NCBI GenBank assembly: GCA_951406725.2
Contig: OX597832.1
Location: 52,638,001 to 52,702,000, forward strand
DNA length: 64,000 nt
DNA from: Octopus vulgaris
Lineage: Eukaryota
Direction: 5' to 3'
Positions 63,200 to 64,000 of this stretch are shown in pieces (the first letter of the stretch is position 1; each line of letters opens with the position of its first letter). The notes under the pieces are model-generated. The model was not told the DNA's origin. It made no database searches and saw only the letters and a program-made list of their open reading frames with translations. A program made the translations under genes and the position numbers.

Positions 63200-64000
63200 A
63201 GGATGATTCGATTTCTGACTGAATTGGTGTCTTCAAGCCATGAAGTCGTTGTTCTAAAAGAACGCTGGTCTCCTTGACAACGCTTTACGACGTTGATTTC
63301 CTTACACTCCCTTCCCCACAGCTTCACGAGGGAGGGAAGAAGGGGGAGAAGCAAACACAGGTGCAGGTGTTTGAGCATGGACGCCAACTCCGCCGCCATC
63401 GACACACGAAAAATTATGCATTAAAATGGAATAAAAAATTATGTTAAATTATTTTTTAAATCGTAGACTCATCGTAGACGCGCGCTAATACTCAGACGGG
63501 CTCGATATGAATCACGACTATAAGATACCCAAATTTGATTAAACTGCACCGCAAAATGTGGGAGTAGTTAGGAATCTAAATCGAAGGGGACAGACACTCA
63601 CAACTACAGTTTTATATATATAGATATATATCCAATGGCTGTTTGTTGACAACTTTTTCCCTGTTTAAGGGTGATAATGCCTAATTTTTCTGGTGTTTTA
63701 ATGGTGATTACTGCATTCGAAATATCACTTTCTTGTCTGCATCATGCAATACAGATTCAATGCTAATGTAAATTTGTTTATAAACGCATATCTTTATATA
63801 TAAAAGTGAAGTTGTGTCTCTGTCTCCTAAAATTTAGATTCCTAACTACTCCCACATTTTGCAGTGCAGTTTAACCAATCTTATAGTCGTGATTCATATT
63901 ATCGAGCCCTTCTGGGTATTAGCGCGCGTCTATGATGAGTCTACGATTTTAAAAAAAATTTACCATCATTTTTTTCCATTTTAATGCACTTTTTTGCTAT
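63200..64000. mobile_element. Head-to-head pair of Helitron-like elements (63200-63625 minus, 63790-64000 plus)
   Basis: 63410-63625 is the reverse complement of 63790-63990 (TCT.TATATATAAAA..GATTCCTAACTACTCCCACATTTTGC..AGCGCGCGTCTA). Confidence 0.6.

Overview
AT-rich, repeat-dense eukaryotic DNA. The tRNA-derived SINE families, (TA)n/(TATG)n load and mariner/CR1/RTE/Penelope debris point to a coleoid cephalopod, most likely Octopus (inference). Reading GT-AG exons by hand gives two + strand genes with phase-compatible junctions. The first is the last 7 coding exons of a kazrin (KAZN)-like triple-SAM protein (3157-11609, ending ...STAV*), probably followed by a long 3' UTR. The second is a TSNAXIP1-like gene: an RFX X-box promoter at ~25770 and 13 coding exons from 32419 to 60894, continuing past the window. 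Most of the supplied ORF track is microsatellite or SINE artefact. The most notable unannotated signal is a set of about 9 minimal type I hammerhead-ribozyme-like motifs in short Penelope-type remnants. They include apparent G3-C8 and U3-A8 covariants of the conserved C3-G8 core pair, and one family forms TSD-flanked fold-back insertions. Other items: a ~99% identical inverted SINE pair around two TSNAXIP1 exons, a TGTAG..CTACA long-TIR element inside a mariner, a CRE-clade LINE remnant abutting the promoter, a CCA-bearing tRNA-Trp antisense fragment and a 2.1 kb minisatellite. All homology calls are from recognition of motifs; no database search was run.
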